A DNA stretch of 64,000 bases. Origin: a virus. Position numbers and translations under genes: made by a program. The notes under the pieces are model-generated. The model worked only from the letters and a program-made list of their open reading frames with translations. It did not search any database and had not been told where the DNA came from. Location of the stretch: the IMG/VR virus record IMGVR_UViG_3300032116_000102, positions 1-64,000 of that record, one strand, 5' to 3'. Position 1 is the stretch's first letter, and every line of letters begins with the position of its first letter. Shown in pieces: positions 10,187-18,132 of the stretch.

Positions 10187-11137
10187 TTAAATTTTATCAG
10201 TAGTCATTTCGTATTCTGCAACTGTTGGTAGTTTTGGTCTATTTCCAGAAGCAATGACTTCGTTGGCAATATTGCCACTGGTTATGCCAAGGAGAGAACC
10301 CGCTGCACCCCCAATGATTCCACGGATGGCACGTTGACGTGATGTCCCAGGAATAGAAGAACCGATTTTTGCACCTGCCGCACCAACAGCAAAACCACCT
10401 GCCATCGGAAGGTTGATTGGGAAGCCAAGCATCCGGGCTTCTGGATAACCTTGGAGATTCTCCATCGTTCCTTTAACGACACCAAGGCCAAGCAGACCCT
10501 TATCTTGGTATAGATAATTCAGATAGTTGCCGTAACGCTCTGGCGTTAAGCTTGGAATTTCTTCTTTGGCAGTGGCATACTTAAGTGGATCACCAGTACG
10601 TCCTAAGAAGAAACGTTCAAATAACTCTTGAACAGGTTGACCTGTTTGACGGCGATCTTCTGCGCCCTTTGGTGAATAGGTTTGAGCATAGCCCTCAGGG
10701 CGGAACTGCTCTTCTGGATTGGTAATGTCATAGGAACCAGCGGCTGCAATTGCCGGCACTGCAATAGCAAGTCCAGTGACTGCCTTAGCGGTTGGGCTTT
10801 CAATTTTGCCAAGACCAGCTTCTACGACACGTTGCGCGATAGCTAGCGGATGGTTCCAACGCCACCAGTAGGTCCGTGTACCGTCATTAGCTGCATCAAC
10901 CAATGCACGAGACGTATAGGCACCTGCAGCTTGCGCAGGAGTCTGCCTGACGCTGACGCCTTGTTTCTTAATATCTTCTTTAAAACGTGGATCCAGGACA
11001 CTCTGTCCGTAACCAAGGCTCCCCTGGCTGAGAATTTCGTCTCTTGCTTTGATCATTTCCCGCTGAACACGGTCGGCAGTTTTAACGCCACTGACGTATT
11101 CACCAGAAAATTCTTTTAAAAATTGAAAAGGATTCAT
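10187..11137 (-). CDS. Putative virion protein with C-terminal glycine-zipper helices
   Basis: AGGFAVGAAGAKIG...GIIGGAAGSLLG. Confidence 0.55.
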   Translation of the reverse strand: MNPFQFLKEFSGEYVSGVKTADRVQREMIKARDEILSQGSLGYGQSVLDPRFKEDIKKQGVSVRQTPAQAAGAYTSRALVDAANDGTRTYWWRWNHPLAIAQRVVEAGLGKIESPTAKAVTGLAIAVPAIAAAGSYDITNPEEQFRPEGYAQTYSPKGAEDRRQTGQPVQELFERFFLGRTGDPLKYATAKEEIPSLTPERYGNYLNYLYQDKGLLGLGVVKGTMENLQGYPEARMLGFPINLPMAGGFAVGAAGAKIGSSIPGTSRQRAIRGIIGGAAGSLLGITSGNIANEVIASGNRPKLPTVAEYEMTTDKI

Positions 11138-11715
11138 TAGCCTGCCCCTCCTGTCATGATCAATTGATCAATGTAACCAGGGGGGAGATTTGGGAGCATC
11201 TTAGTAACTTGAGCGCGATAGTCATCAAGGAAGGTTTGCTCAATCCCTTGTGCTTGAAATTGCGTACCGGGGGCCACAGCCTGCGGTACTTCAAGATTAT
11301 TAACAGCTTGTCGTTGCATCATTTGCTGCATGATCTGCTGTTCTTGCGAGATCTGCGTTGGTGTTGGCTGAGAACCTCCAAGCATACCGCCTGCAACAGT
11401 TTCAGTCAGTAAAGGTGAAATCAAAGAGCCACCAAGATTGGCTGCTGATTCCAGCCTGGACGGTGCAATTTCTGCTTCGAACTTACCAGGGGATACTTCA
11501 ATACGACGACCAGTTGCTTTAGGTGGCCGAAGCTTGCGTGCCCCAAGGGTCAAAGGTAACGCAACCGCCATGTCCCCTAAGCCATAAGCCAGTCCGACGC
11601 CAGGACCACCGGCCATCGCACCAAAGCCTGCGGATAATGCACTGCCTGCTGCAACACTACCAACAACATCTTTATTCTTTGCTGCGTAACCAAGCAGGCG
11701 TGCAAAGGGATTCAT
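11137..11715 (-). CDS. Putative virion protein
   Basis: N-terminal Gly/Ala hydrophobic helices; Gln-rich. Confidence 0.55.
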   Translation of the reverse strand: MNPFARLLGYAAKNKDVVGSVAAGSALSAGFGAMAGGPGVGLAYGLGDMAVALPLTLGARKLRPPKATGRRIEVSPGKFEAEIAPSRLESAANLGGSLISPLLTETVAGGMLGGSQPTPTQISQEQQIMQQMMQRQAVNNLEVPQAVAPGTQFQAQGIEQTFLDDYRAQVTKMLPNLPPGYIDQLIMTGGAG

Positions 11716-11753
11716 ATTGTTTGCCTATATTCTTTTATTTTAAATTGCTTAGC

Positions 11754-12284
11754 TCAGATCGACAGAGAAGCCTGAGGATTCTCATTAATGAGCTCCGGGA
11801 ACTTAGGAATATCAGTATTGGTTCCTTCTGCCAGCATGGCGGAGAGGTAACCGTTTGGATCAATGTTGTCCTGACGTGGGAAAGGATTTTTAATCTTTTC
11901 GCCAGGGGGGATGACCGGGCTTAGTCCATAGGAATTATTCCACTCCGGATCAAAGTCAGGTTGCTGCTCTGGATAATTTGGAGTGGACGGACGACCGATG
12001 GTGAAGTCGTAATCCGTTTCCATGTTGAAACGTCCTCGCCCTGGAAACATTTCATAACCATCTTGAAGCTCACCTTCTGGAACGAAGTTAAGCTCGTTGA
12101 GATTTAACCGTCTGTTAGCAACACGTTTAGTTAGATCTTGCGGACCAAAACGCGACGTGATCCAAGGCGTTTCTTGTACTGCCGCCTTGAGATCGTACTG
12201 ATCTTTGAAGTTTAATTTTTTATCTTTATTGCCGCCAAACTTAATGTAATCACCCGGTGTAGTGCGCGGCCTTTCTATTTTCAT
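11754..12284 (-). CDS. Hypothetical protein
   Basis: ORF track; operon context. Confidence 0.6.
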   Translation of the reverse strand: MKIERPRTTPGDYIKFGGNKDKKLNFKDQYDLKAAVQETPWITSRFGPQDLTKRVANRRLNLNELNFVPEGELQDGYEMFPGRGRFNMETDYDFTIGRPSTPNYPEQQPDFDPEWNNSYGLSPVIPPGEKIKNPFPRQDNIDPNGYLSAMLAEGTNTDIPKFPELINENPQASLSI

Positions 12285-12499
12285 TTAGCTTTCTTTTTCT
12301 TGTGTAAGCCTACCAAGGTTTTACGTAAGTTTGCTTGCTTTACAGTTTTTTCGTCATACTTGTCTGGGCTAGACAGTACATTCTCCTGAAGCTGGGCTGC
12401 GCTGATGCCACGGGATTTGGCCTTGGCCGTAAAAGCGCCTTCCTTGATATCAGCACCCTGGATCCACTTTTTATCTTTTTTCTTTTCAGCCATGATCAA
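12281..12499 (-). CDS. Small basic protein
   Basis: KKWIQGADIKEGAFTAKAK...KQANLRKTL, typical of small basic phage proteins. Confidence 0.6.
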   Translation of the reverse strand: MIMAEKKKDKKWIQGADIKEGAFTAKAKSRGISAAQLQENVLSSPDKYDEKTVKQANLRKTLVGLHKKKKAK

Positions 12500-14481
12500 A
12501 TACCAATACCAAATTGTTTGAGAATTGATTGGGGATCGCGTCCTTCAATTGTAGCTCGACGCAATGCTTCACTTACTTCCAGGGACTTGCGTTTTTGTTC
12601 TGGAGTCGAGGTGATGGTTGTTTTAAATTCAGGGTAACTTCCCTGGCGCAATGTCAGCTTGGTCTCTTCACGTTGAAGAGCTGTGGGCCTTAACTCTGGA
12701 TCGGCAATGGGTTTGTCACGTGGTTCAATTCCATAAATCCCAATAGAACGTCCAGTTTGCGAACGATCTCCTTCAAAGATTTGGGGAAGACCGCCCGTTT
12801 CAATATCAAAGTCACGAACACGTGTTTTTTGTCCGCCTTGAAGAATTTCACGAACAGCTTCAGCGGTTGGATTACCACCACCAGCAACAAACTCAGCAAG
12901 ATTCCTGCCGCCACCACCTCTGGCTTTTGTTTCAATTGAAGGACGACCGCCACGAATCTCAAGAGTTTCAGGAATAATTTCACCAGTTGCTTCGTCCACC
13001 TCAAAGAAGGGGCGCACACCTTCCTCTCTCTTCAGCGGTTTGTATTGAGTGCCAAGGGATTCCAGGGATTCCATCCGCCCACGCACGTAGTCGCGTTCTG
13101 CGAGTGCGTCACCAAGATCGACATTGACAGAGTCTGGATTGAGAGACTGTTTCTCATTCATCATTTTGTTAAGAAGGCGGGTGTAATACCCACCCTGCCC
13201 TGGTTCATCTGCTGCGGCAAACCGGAACTGAGGCTCTAATTGATCGATTTCTTCCAGTCGATTAATAATTGCTTGTTTCTGCTCGCCAAGCTCAGAAATC
13301 CGGTTGGTTAAGTTAATATCTTTTTCAACAAGATTATCAATAAACTCCCCTTGGCCGGTCGGTTTATAAAACTTGCCGGTTGGGATGGTTTCTTCTAATA
13401 ACTCCGTTTGCACACGCGGTTGAATGGTCAAAGGAGAAGACGGTGTTTGTGACAGACGGGAAAGAACGGCTGGATCACCGGTTGAGGCGTAAAGCTCTAT
13501 AGCTTCTGCAATTGCAGGATCGGTACCCATTACACGTTCACGCCGATAACGTCCTGGGATAGTGGCACCTAATTCTTCAAACTTAGATTGAAGGAAAGAT
13601 TGTGCTTGCTCACGAGGACTGGCGGCAGCAGCAGGAAGGAGAGGAATGGTTTGCTGTTGGTTAACAGCGTCGGGAGGAATGGTTGCCTCGCCCCAGGGAT
13701 CAGCAATATTGACTTGTTTAACAATGCGGCCGGTTAGTTGATCTTCTCCGGATTCAACAGCGTTAATGAATTGATCCGCTGTGACAGGAGCTTGAATCTT
13801 TTGTAGGTCGGTTAGGGTTGCAGTATTTGTTTCAAGCCGAGCAGCTGCATTCAATAGATCTTGTTGTGCCGTGGCACGGCGGGCAGCTTGCAGTTCGGGA
13901 GACGGGGGATATTTCTTTTCAAAAGCGGCAAGTGCAGCCGAGCGGTAACCAGGTTCCGCTTGGCGCTCCCGATAACCAACACCATAGAAACGAGAGGTTG
14001 GAGCAGGGAAATTTAATTCTTCTGCCGTAGGTTCTGGCAGTTCAGATTCCAGTTGACGCCTGTATTGCGTAAAGGCCTCTTCCTCCGTAGGCATGACGCT
14101 ACGGCTTGCAATCTTTGATGGTGCTGGCACAGGGGTTGCAGGTGCAGGCTCTGCAGCAACACGACGAACAGCCTGCTCCATGTCCGCAAGATTAACTTGG
14201 CGTACACCAGCGGTTGCAGATTTGGCTGGACCCTTGGGAAGCTGTTGCCTGCGGCCCATCAAAGCCCTGGCACCAAACCCCACACCAGCCAATGCACCCA
14301 AGCCGAGAGCTGCAGTACCCAACGCGGCAAGTGGGTTGAACTCTTGTTGTGGTGCTTTGAGTTGATTACGGCGGAATTCAAGAACTTCTGGGGCCATCTG
14401 CGCCCTTTCCTGCTCATCTTCTGGAATTGGCGCTCCAGTGGCACGACTGTAGGCGTAAAAGTCAGCAGGGGAGATCGCCAT
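12496..14481 (-). CDS. Large putative internal virion protein
   Basis: 661 aa; one N-terminal hydrophobic Gly/Ala segment; first gene of the late cluster. Confidence 0.6.
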   Translation of the reverse strand: MAISPADFYAYSRATGAPIPEDEQERAQMAPEVLEFRRNQLKAPQQEFNPLAALGTAALGLGALAGVGFGARALMGRRQQLPKGPAKSATAGVRQVNLADMEQAVRRVAAEPAPATPVPAPSKIASRSVMPTEEEAFTQYRRQLESELPEPTAEELNFPAPTSRFYGVGYRERQAEPGYRSAALAAFEKKYPPSPELQAARRATAQQDLLNAAARLETNTATLTDLQKIQAPVTADQFINAVESGEDQLTGRIVKQVNIADPWGEATIPPDAVNQQQTIPLLPAAAASPREQAQSFLQSKFEELGATIPGRYRRERVMGTDPAIAEAIELYASTGDPAVLSRLSQTPSSPLTIQPRVQTELLEETIPTGKFYKPTGQGEFIDNLVEKDINLTNRISELGEQKQAIINRLEEIDQLEPQFRFAAADEPGQGGYYTRLLNKMMNEKQSLNPDSVNVDLGDALAERDYVRGRMESLESLGTQYKPLKREEGVRPFFEVDEATGEIIPETLEIRGGRPSIETKARGGGGRNLAEFVAGGGNPTAEAVREILQGGQKTRVRDFDIETGGLPQIFEGDRSQTGRSIGIYGIEPRDKPIADPELRPTALQREETKLTLRQGSYPEFKTTITSTPEQKRKSLEVSEALRRATIEGRDPQSILKQFGIGI

Positions 14482-14602
14482 AACCTTTACAGATGTATTT
14501 ATGTTCTTTTGATGGTTACATTCTAACTTTGGATAATTAAAAAACGTAATTATCCTGTAAACTAAGGAATATAAACCGTTAACGGCGGTAAAGAACGCAA
14601 AA

Positions 14603-14815
14603 ATGGACGAAGCACTTAGGGAAAGGCGCGAAAACGTACGTCAAACAATTGACCAACGCGCCAATGAACTGCGTGAAGGGGGCATGCACCCGTTCGAAGT
14701 CCAGAATCTACGGTCAGCCGCGAACCAGGAACTGGCCATGGCCGTGCCAGATACTGCAAAATACCAACAAGCACTCAACTTGGCCGCACAGCACGTACAA
14801 AAAGGCGCCGTCTAA
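14603..14815 (+). CDS. Hypothetical protein
   Basis: Divergent from the late cluster; followed by a terminator. Confidence 0.6.
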   Translation: MDEALRERRENVRQTIDQRANELREGGMHPFEVQNLRSAANQELAMAVPDTAKYQQALNLAAQHVQKGAV

Positions 14816-14842
14816 AACAACAGTGTAATTTTTAAGTCAAAC

Positions 14843-14866
14843 GCCGGGGTTGCACCCGGCTTTTTT
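14843..14866 (+). terminator. Intrinsic terminator
   Basis: GCCGGG-gttgca-CCCGGC-TTTTTT. Confidence 0.8.
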
Positions 14867-15074
14867 GTGTGAATTTTTGGGGTAAGTAGGGAGTTTACGT
14901 ACAAATTAGGGAAAATAGTACATATTTATACAAAAAGCGGCCCTATACAGTTCTGAAAAGGGTACAAAATTACCTGACGCTTCTCCCACCCCCCAACCGA
15001 GGGAGATGCTGTGTAGAAAAAAAGAACAGCATGAGTTATCTAAGGATGATTCTCATTAATATCACCGGAATTTT

Positions 15075-15090
15075 GATACGAATTCGTATC
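15075..15090. promoter_or_regulatory. Perfect 16-bp palindrome GATACGAATTCGTATC (copy 1), putative operator
   Basis: The 19-mer at 15073-15091 recurs identically at 16690-16708. Confidence 0.55.
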
Positions 15091-15224
15091 GACCGAGGAA
15101 TGTCACGGTTTCCTGACATGTTTGGGGCAAACTTAGCGCCCCGCTCTCCCGCGCTCGAAATAGGACAGTGAGCGGAACGGACTTCAAGCATTCTCTTGTT
15201 TTATCAAGGGAGTTGATTGAGTTC

Positions 15225-15250
15225 ACGTCGAGCTGGACGTTAAACGTAGC
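15225..15250 (+). ncRNA. Degenerate copy of pseudoknot leader (family D)
   Basis: ACGTC-gagctg-GACGT-TAAAC-gtagc, 23 nt before ATG 15274. Confidence 0.35.
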
Positions 15251-15273
15251 GCTACCCCATCGCAACTTCACTC

Positions 15274-15456
15274 ATGTTTGCAGTTACCTACTTCGACTAC
15301 GGCTGCCCCGACTTCGGTGGTCAAGAGTATTACGAGGAGGAGAAGTTGTTCTCCAACTGGCCTGCTGCCGAAAGGTACATTCGTTCCCTCGAGGATTACG
15401 AATTCATCTCGGCGGTATATCACTTCAGCTGCTTCGAAGACGACATTCCGTTCTGA
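15274..15456 (+). CDS. Small acidic early protein ending in an SSB-like tail (FEDDIPF)
   Basis: 60 aa, acidic/aromatic; first gene of the plus-strand early region. Confidence 0.65.
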   Translation: MFAVTYFDYGCPDFGGQEYYEEEKLFSNWPAAERYIRSLEDYEFISAVYHFSCFEDDIPF

Positions 15457-15519
15457 GTACCAGGCGTGACGCCAGGGGATCGAATCCCCTACTCAGTATT
15501 GCCCCCAGCGGAGATGGGC
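15453..15519 (+). ncRNA. Structured leader family A, copy 1 (T-loop-like junction)
   Basis: CTGAGTA/TACTCAG closing stem, GGCG/CGCC hairpin, AGGGG-ATCGAAT-CCCCT, then TATTGCC hairpin. Confidence 0.55.
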
Positions 15520-15528
15520 GCCGCACAC

Positions 15529-15693
15529 ATGGAGAAATCCGTGATGGTCTACGTTGTCACATTGTGTGATCTGTATGCTGATCACCTGATGAATGTCTTT
15601 AGCAGCAAAGAAGCTGCTAATGCATGGATAGCGAAACAGGACAAGGAGGAGGGCGAGTATTGGCTTATCAATGCCATGGTCGTCATCAACTGA
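15529..15693 (+). CDS. Small early hypothetical protein
   Basis: MEKSVMVYVVTL...VFSSKEAANAWI; start reassigned downstream of the RNA element. Confidence 0.55.
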   Translation: MEKSVMVYVVTLCDLYADHLMNVFSSKEAANAWIAKQDKEEGEYWLINAMVVIN

Positions 15694-15754
15694 TCCGTCA
15701 AAGCGGGTTCCAGGGTGCAAACCCCTGGACAGTTATTGCCACAATCCCGTGGCA
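15688..15754 (+). ncRNA. Structured leader family A, copy 2
   Basis: AACTG/CAGTT, ATCCG/CGGGT, TCCAGGG-TGCAAAC-CCCTGGA, then TATTGCCAC...GTGGCA. Confidence 0.55.
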
Positions 15755-15769
15755 TCCACTCAACGCAAC

Positions 15770-15937
15770 ATGATTCGTCAGCGATTGTCCCAGCTTCTTG
15801 CCGTAGCAGCGGTCAAGGTAGCTCAAGATCAAACTCCTGAGCGCATCAAAGCTCAACTCAAAGTGCGGCGTGATGCATTGACTCATGAGGTCAATGATTA
15901 TCGCAACGCACTGTCCAACTTCATCGCAGCTAAGTAA
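15770..15937 (+). CDS. Small early hypothetical protein
   Basis: MIRQRLSQLLAVAAVK...; CA-rich leader. Confidence 0.55.
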   Translation: MIRQRLSQLLAVAAVKVAQDQTPERIKAQLKVRRDALTHEVNDYRNALSNFIAAK

Positions 15938-15939
15938 CC

Positions 15940-16182
15940 ATGAAACCTGTCATGATCTACCAGCCTTCCTGCGAACATAACTTACGTGTCGCATGGTATG
16001 GCGGTGAGAGTACACAACTTCACTTCGAGAAGCTCAACATCCAGGGCGAGTGGTACGACAGAGATGTCCGTACCCTTGGCCATGGTATCCCCACAGGGAT
16101 CAAGGAGATGCTTCTCGAGATGGAGAACTACTATCACGAAGGTATCATCCTTGAACAAGAACGTATTTACCAAATGATGTGA
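15940..16182 (+). CDS. Early hypothetical protein
   Basis: ORF track; tight packing. Confidence 0.6.
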   Translation: MKPVMIYQPSCEHNLRVAWYGGESTQLHFEKLNIQGEWYDRDVRTLGHGIPTGIKEMLLEMENYYHEGIILEQERIYQMM

Positions 16183-16185
16183 ATG

Positions 16186-16235
16186 ATTCCTGCTCTAAGG
16201 GGCTACGGCCCTTTACTGCAGGAATTAACTCCTGC
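16186..16235 (+). ncRNA. Structured leader family B, copy 1
   Basis: TCCTGC-TC-stemloop-CT-GCAGGA-N6-TCCTGC. Confidence 0.55.
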
Positions 16236-16259
16236 TTCATTCAACTCAACTCAAGTCAA

Positions 16260-16661
16260 ATGTCTGACTACAAGAAGCTCCCTGACTTCCAGCAAACCGT
16301 ACTGCACGGACGCATTGCTCACATGGAGGTGGTCGACTACCAGGATCAGAAGTTCCTCTCTGTATCCCTGGTCCACACCATCTCCGAAGCAACGGACGTA
16401 CGTGTACGGTTTACCAACAGCAACGGCCTGCTTACGGCATTCAACAATGGCACTCTTGTCGTAGGACAGGAGCTGACCATCAGCGGTACCATCAAGGGCA
16501 TTCGTTCCTTCTACATGAAGGACGATGTCCTGACACCGCTCAAGATGCCGGAACTTCAATTCCGTTGCATGAGTTATGCCTTTGGTTCCAAGCCTCAGCC
16601 CAAAGCTGAAGCTGTAATCACACCAGTGGCAGAACCTACGCTGGAAGAAATTCCCTTCTGA
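16260..16661 (+). CDS. SSB-like OB-fold protein
   Basis: VLHGRIA...VGQELTISGTI strand pattern; acidic C-terminal EEIPF. Confidence 0.6.
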   Translation: MSDYKKLPDFQQTVLHGRIAHMEVVDYQDQKFLSVSLVHTISEATDVRVRFTNSNGLLTAFNNGTLVVGQELTISGTIKGIRSFYMKDDVLTPLKMPELQFRCMSYAFGSKPQPKAEAVITPVAEPTLEEIPF

Positions 16662-16669
16662 GACAGCAC

Positions 16670-16741
16670 TCCTGCTCTTAACCCTTCCGTTGATACGAAT
16701 TCGTATCGGCGGTGGGTTTACTGCAGGACTGAACATCCTGC
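16670..16741 (+). ncRNA. Structured leader family B, copy 2 (contains palindrome copy 2 at 16692-16707)
   Basis: TCCTGC-TC-stemloop-CT-GCAGGA-N7-TCCTGC. Confidence 0.55.
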
Positions 16742-16760
16742 ATCCACCTCATACAACACT

Positions 16761-17045
16761 ATGCCAATCACCATTGATCATCACGACATCCTCAAAGCAC
16801 TTGGGCTTTACAAACTTGAGGTAACAGACTACTACCTTGAATTTGATAACAACCATGTTTATATGCATTGGGTTTCCTGTCCCAATGACATCGAAGAGTA
16901 CTTGAAGAATGAGAATGATATTTATTTATGCCTTGACTTTCAAGTCAAGGGCAAATGGTTATCTGCTGAGTACTTTGTCAACGACAAAGAGGCGGTAACT
17001 GAACGTCCTTTCATTAACTGCCGTTATCTTTTGGAGATCAACTGA
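16761..17045 (+). CDS. Early hypothetical protein
   Basis: ORF track; follows a family B element. Confidence 0.6.
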   Translation: MPITIDHHDILKALGLYKLEVTDYYLEFDNNHVYMHWVSCPNDIEEYLKNENDIYLCLDFQVKGKWLSAEYFVNDKEAVTERPFINCRYLLEIN

Positions 17046-17046
17046 C

Positions 17047-17250
17047 ATGAAACACACAACCAGGCTCGGACCCAACCGTTACATCAGACTTGATTCTTAC
17101 GGTGAGTCTCGTGAGACACGCCGTTTCAATATCCTTTGCACCCTCTTCGTCATTGCCATCACGGTTATGACGGCTGGTGCAATGGTCGGCGTCGACATCA
17201 CTAACCTCAACCCACAGAACAATGAGAACACACATCGCCCTGGTCGCTGA
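17047..17250 (+). CDS. Small membrane protein
   Basis: One hydrophobic helix ILCTLFVIAITVMTAGAMVGV. Confidence 0.55.
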   Translation: MKHTTRLGPNRYIRLDSYGESRETRRFNILCTLFVIAITVMTAGAMVGVDITNLNPQNNENTHRPGR

Positions 17251-17449
17251 TCGTTCCGGTCGTTATGCCCATGTCTGGGGCACAGCCCAAACCTTTTCTC
17301 TGTTTCATGATCAACTCGAAGACATTGGCTGCGAGGTGATCGAAAACCAATCCGATGATTGGGACGGCTGCACCAGAGATGAAATTGCTGAGGACTGCCT
17401 GTCAGTGCATCAGCTGCTCAACGACTCGGACTTCATCCCACACGACTGA
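17222..17449 (+). CDS. Small acidic hypothetical protein
   Basis: MRTHIALVADRSGRYAHVWG... Confidence 0.55.
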   Translation: MRTHIALVADRSGRYAHVWGTAQTFSLFHDQLEDIGCEVIENQSDDWDGCTRDEIAEDCLSVHQLLNDSDFIPHD

Positions 17450-17556
17450 CTACATCTGGTGTCTCGCAAACACAAGACGCTAAGGCTGGTGCTTGCATCT
17501 TTGTACGTACCAGCTATTCTCTACCTGCATCCACTGCACACAGCTCACCCAAAGCC

Positions 17557-18036
17557 ATGGAAGCCCTTAGCCAACTTGATGTCACAGCACCCGATCACGT
17601 CTCTGTCATTACCAGGGACGGCAAGGTGACCATCTCTGTCCTCAAGGACGGAACCTCTGTCACTCTTGGTTTCCCGATCAAAACACCTTGGATTGATACG
17701 CATCCCCGTCCCCCTTTGCAGCAGTCGCCAGCGGAGGAGATTGGGCGGCGGATTACCAAGGAAGAAGGCCTTGCCTACTTCGAAGAGCTGGCACGGAAAG
17801 ACTCAAAGAACACCACTGTTGTTACCAAGACCAAACGCAGGTCTCCCATTGGTAATTGCAAGTTGACTCCCGAAGCTGTTCGTGAAATCAAGCTGATCCT
17901 GGCTGATAACAAGACGATGAGTCGTTTTGGTTCCAGGCAGCAAGCTTACGAAAAGATTGCCGAAGGCTATTCGGTGAGTCACCATACAATTTCCAACATC
18001 CATAAGGGACTGGCCTGGCGCCAAGTCATCGTGTAA
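17557..18036 (+). CDS. DNA-binding protein with C-terminal HTH of the type appended to HNH endonucleases
   Basis: KLTPEAVREIK...IAEGYSVSHHTISNIHKGLAW; no HNH motif. Confidence 0.55.
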   Translation: MEALSQLDVTAPDHVSVITRDGKVTISVLKDGTSVTLGFPIKTPWIDTHPRPPLQQSPAEEIGRRITKEEGLAYFEELARKDSKNTTVVTKTKRRSPIGNCKLTPEAVREIKLILADNKTMSRFGSRQQAYEKIAEGYSVSHHTISNIHKGLAWRQVIV

Positions 18037-18058
18037 TCAACAGCAACAACACAAACAT

Positions 18059-18108
18059 CTGGGCCTCCACTCTTGAGAATCATTCTCAGTAAGTGGTATA
18101 AGTCCCAG
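18059..18108 (+). ncRNA. Structured leader family C, copy 1
   Basis: CTGGG-CCT-CCACT...AGTGG-TATAAGT-CCCAG. Confidence 0.65.
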
Positions 18109-18132
18109 GACATTCATTCAGTTCACCTCAAC

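Noticed and set aside
6167-14526. Plus-strand ORFs antisense to the late genes (e.g. 6167-6634, 9495-9926, 14093-14365)
   Set aside because: Shadow frames of GC-rich low-complexity genes, with no motifs or expression signals.
15075-15090. Palindrome as an NtcA site
   Set aside because: Half-sites are in the order TAC...GTA, the reverse of GTA-N8-TAC.
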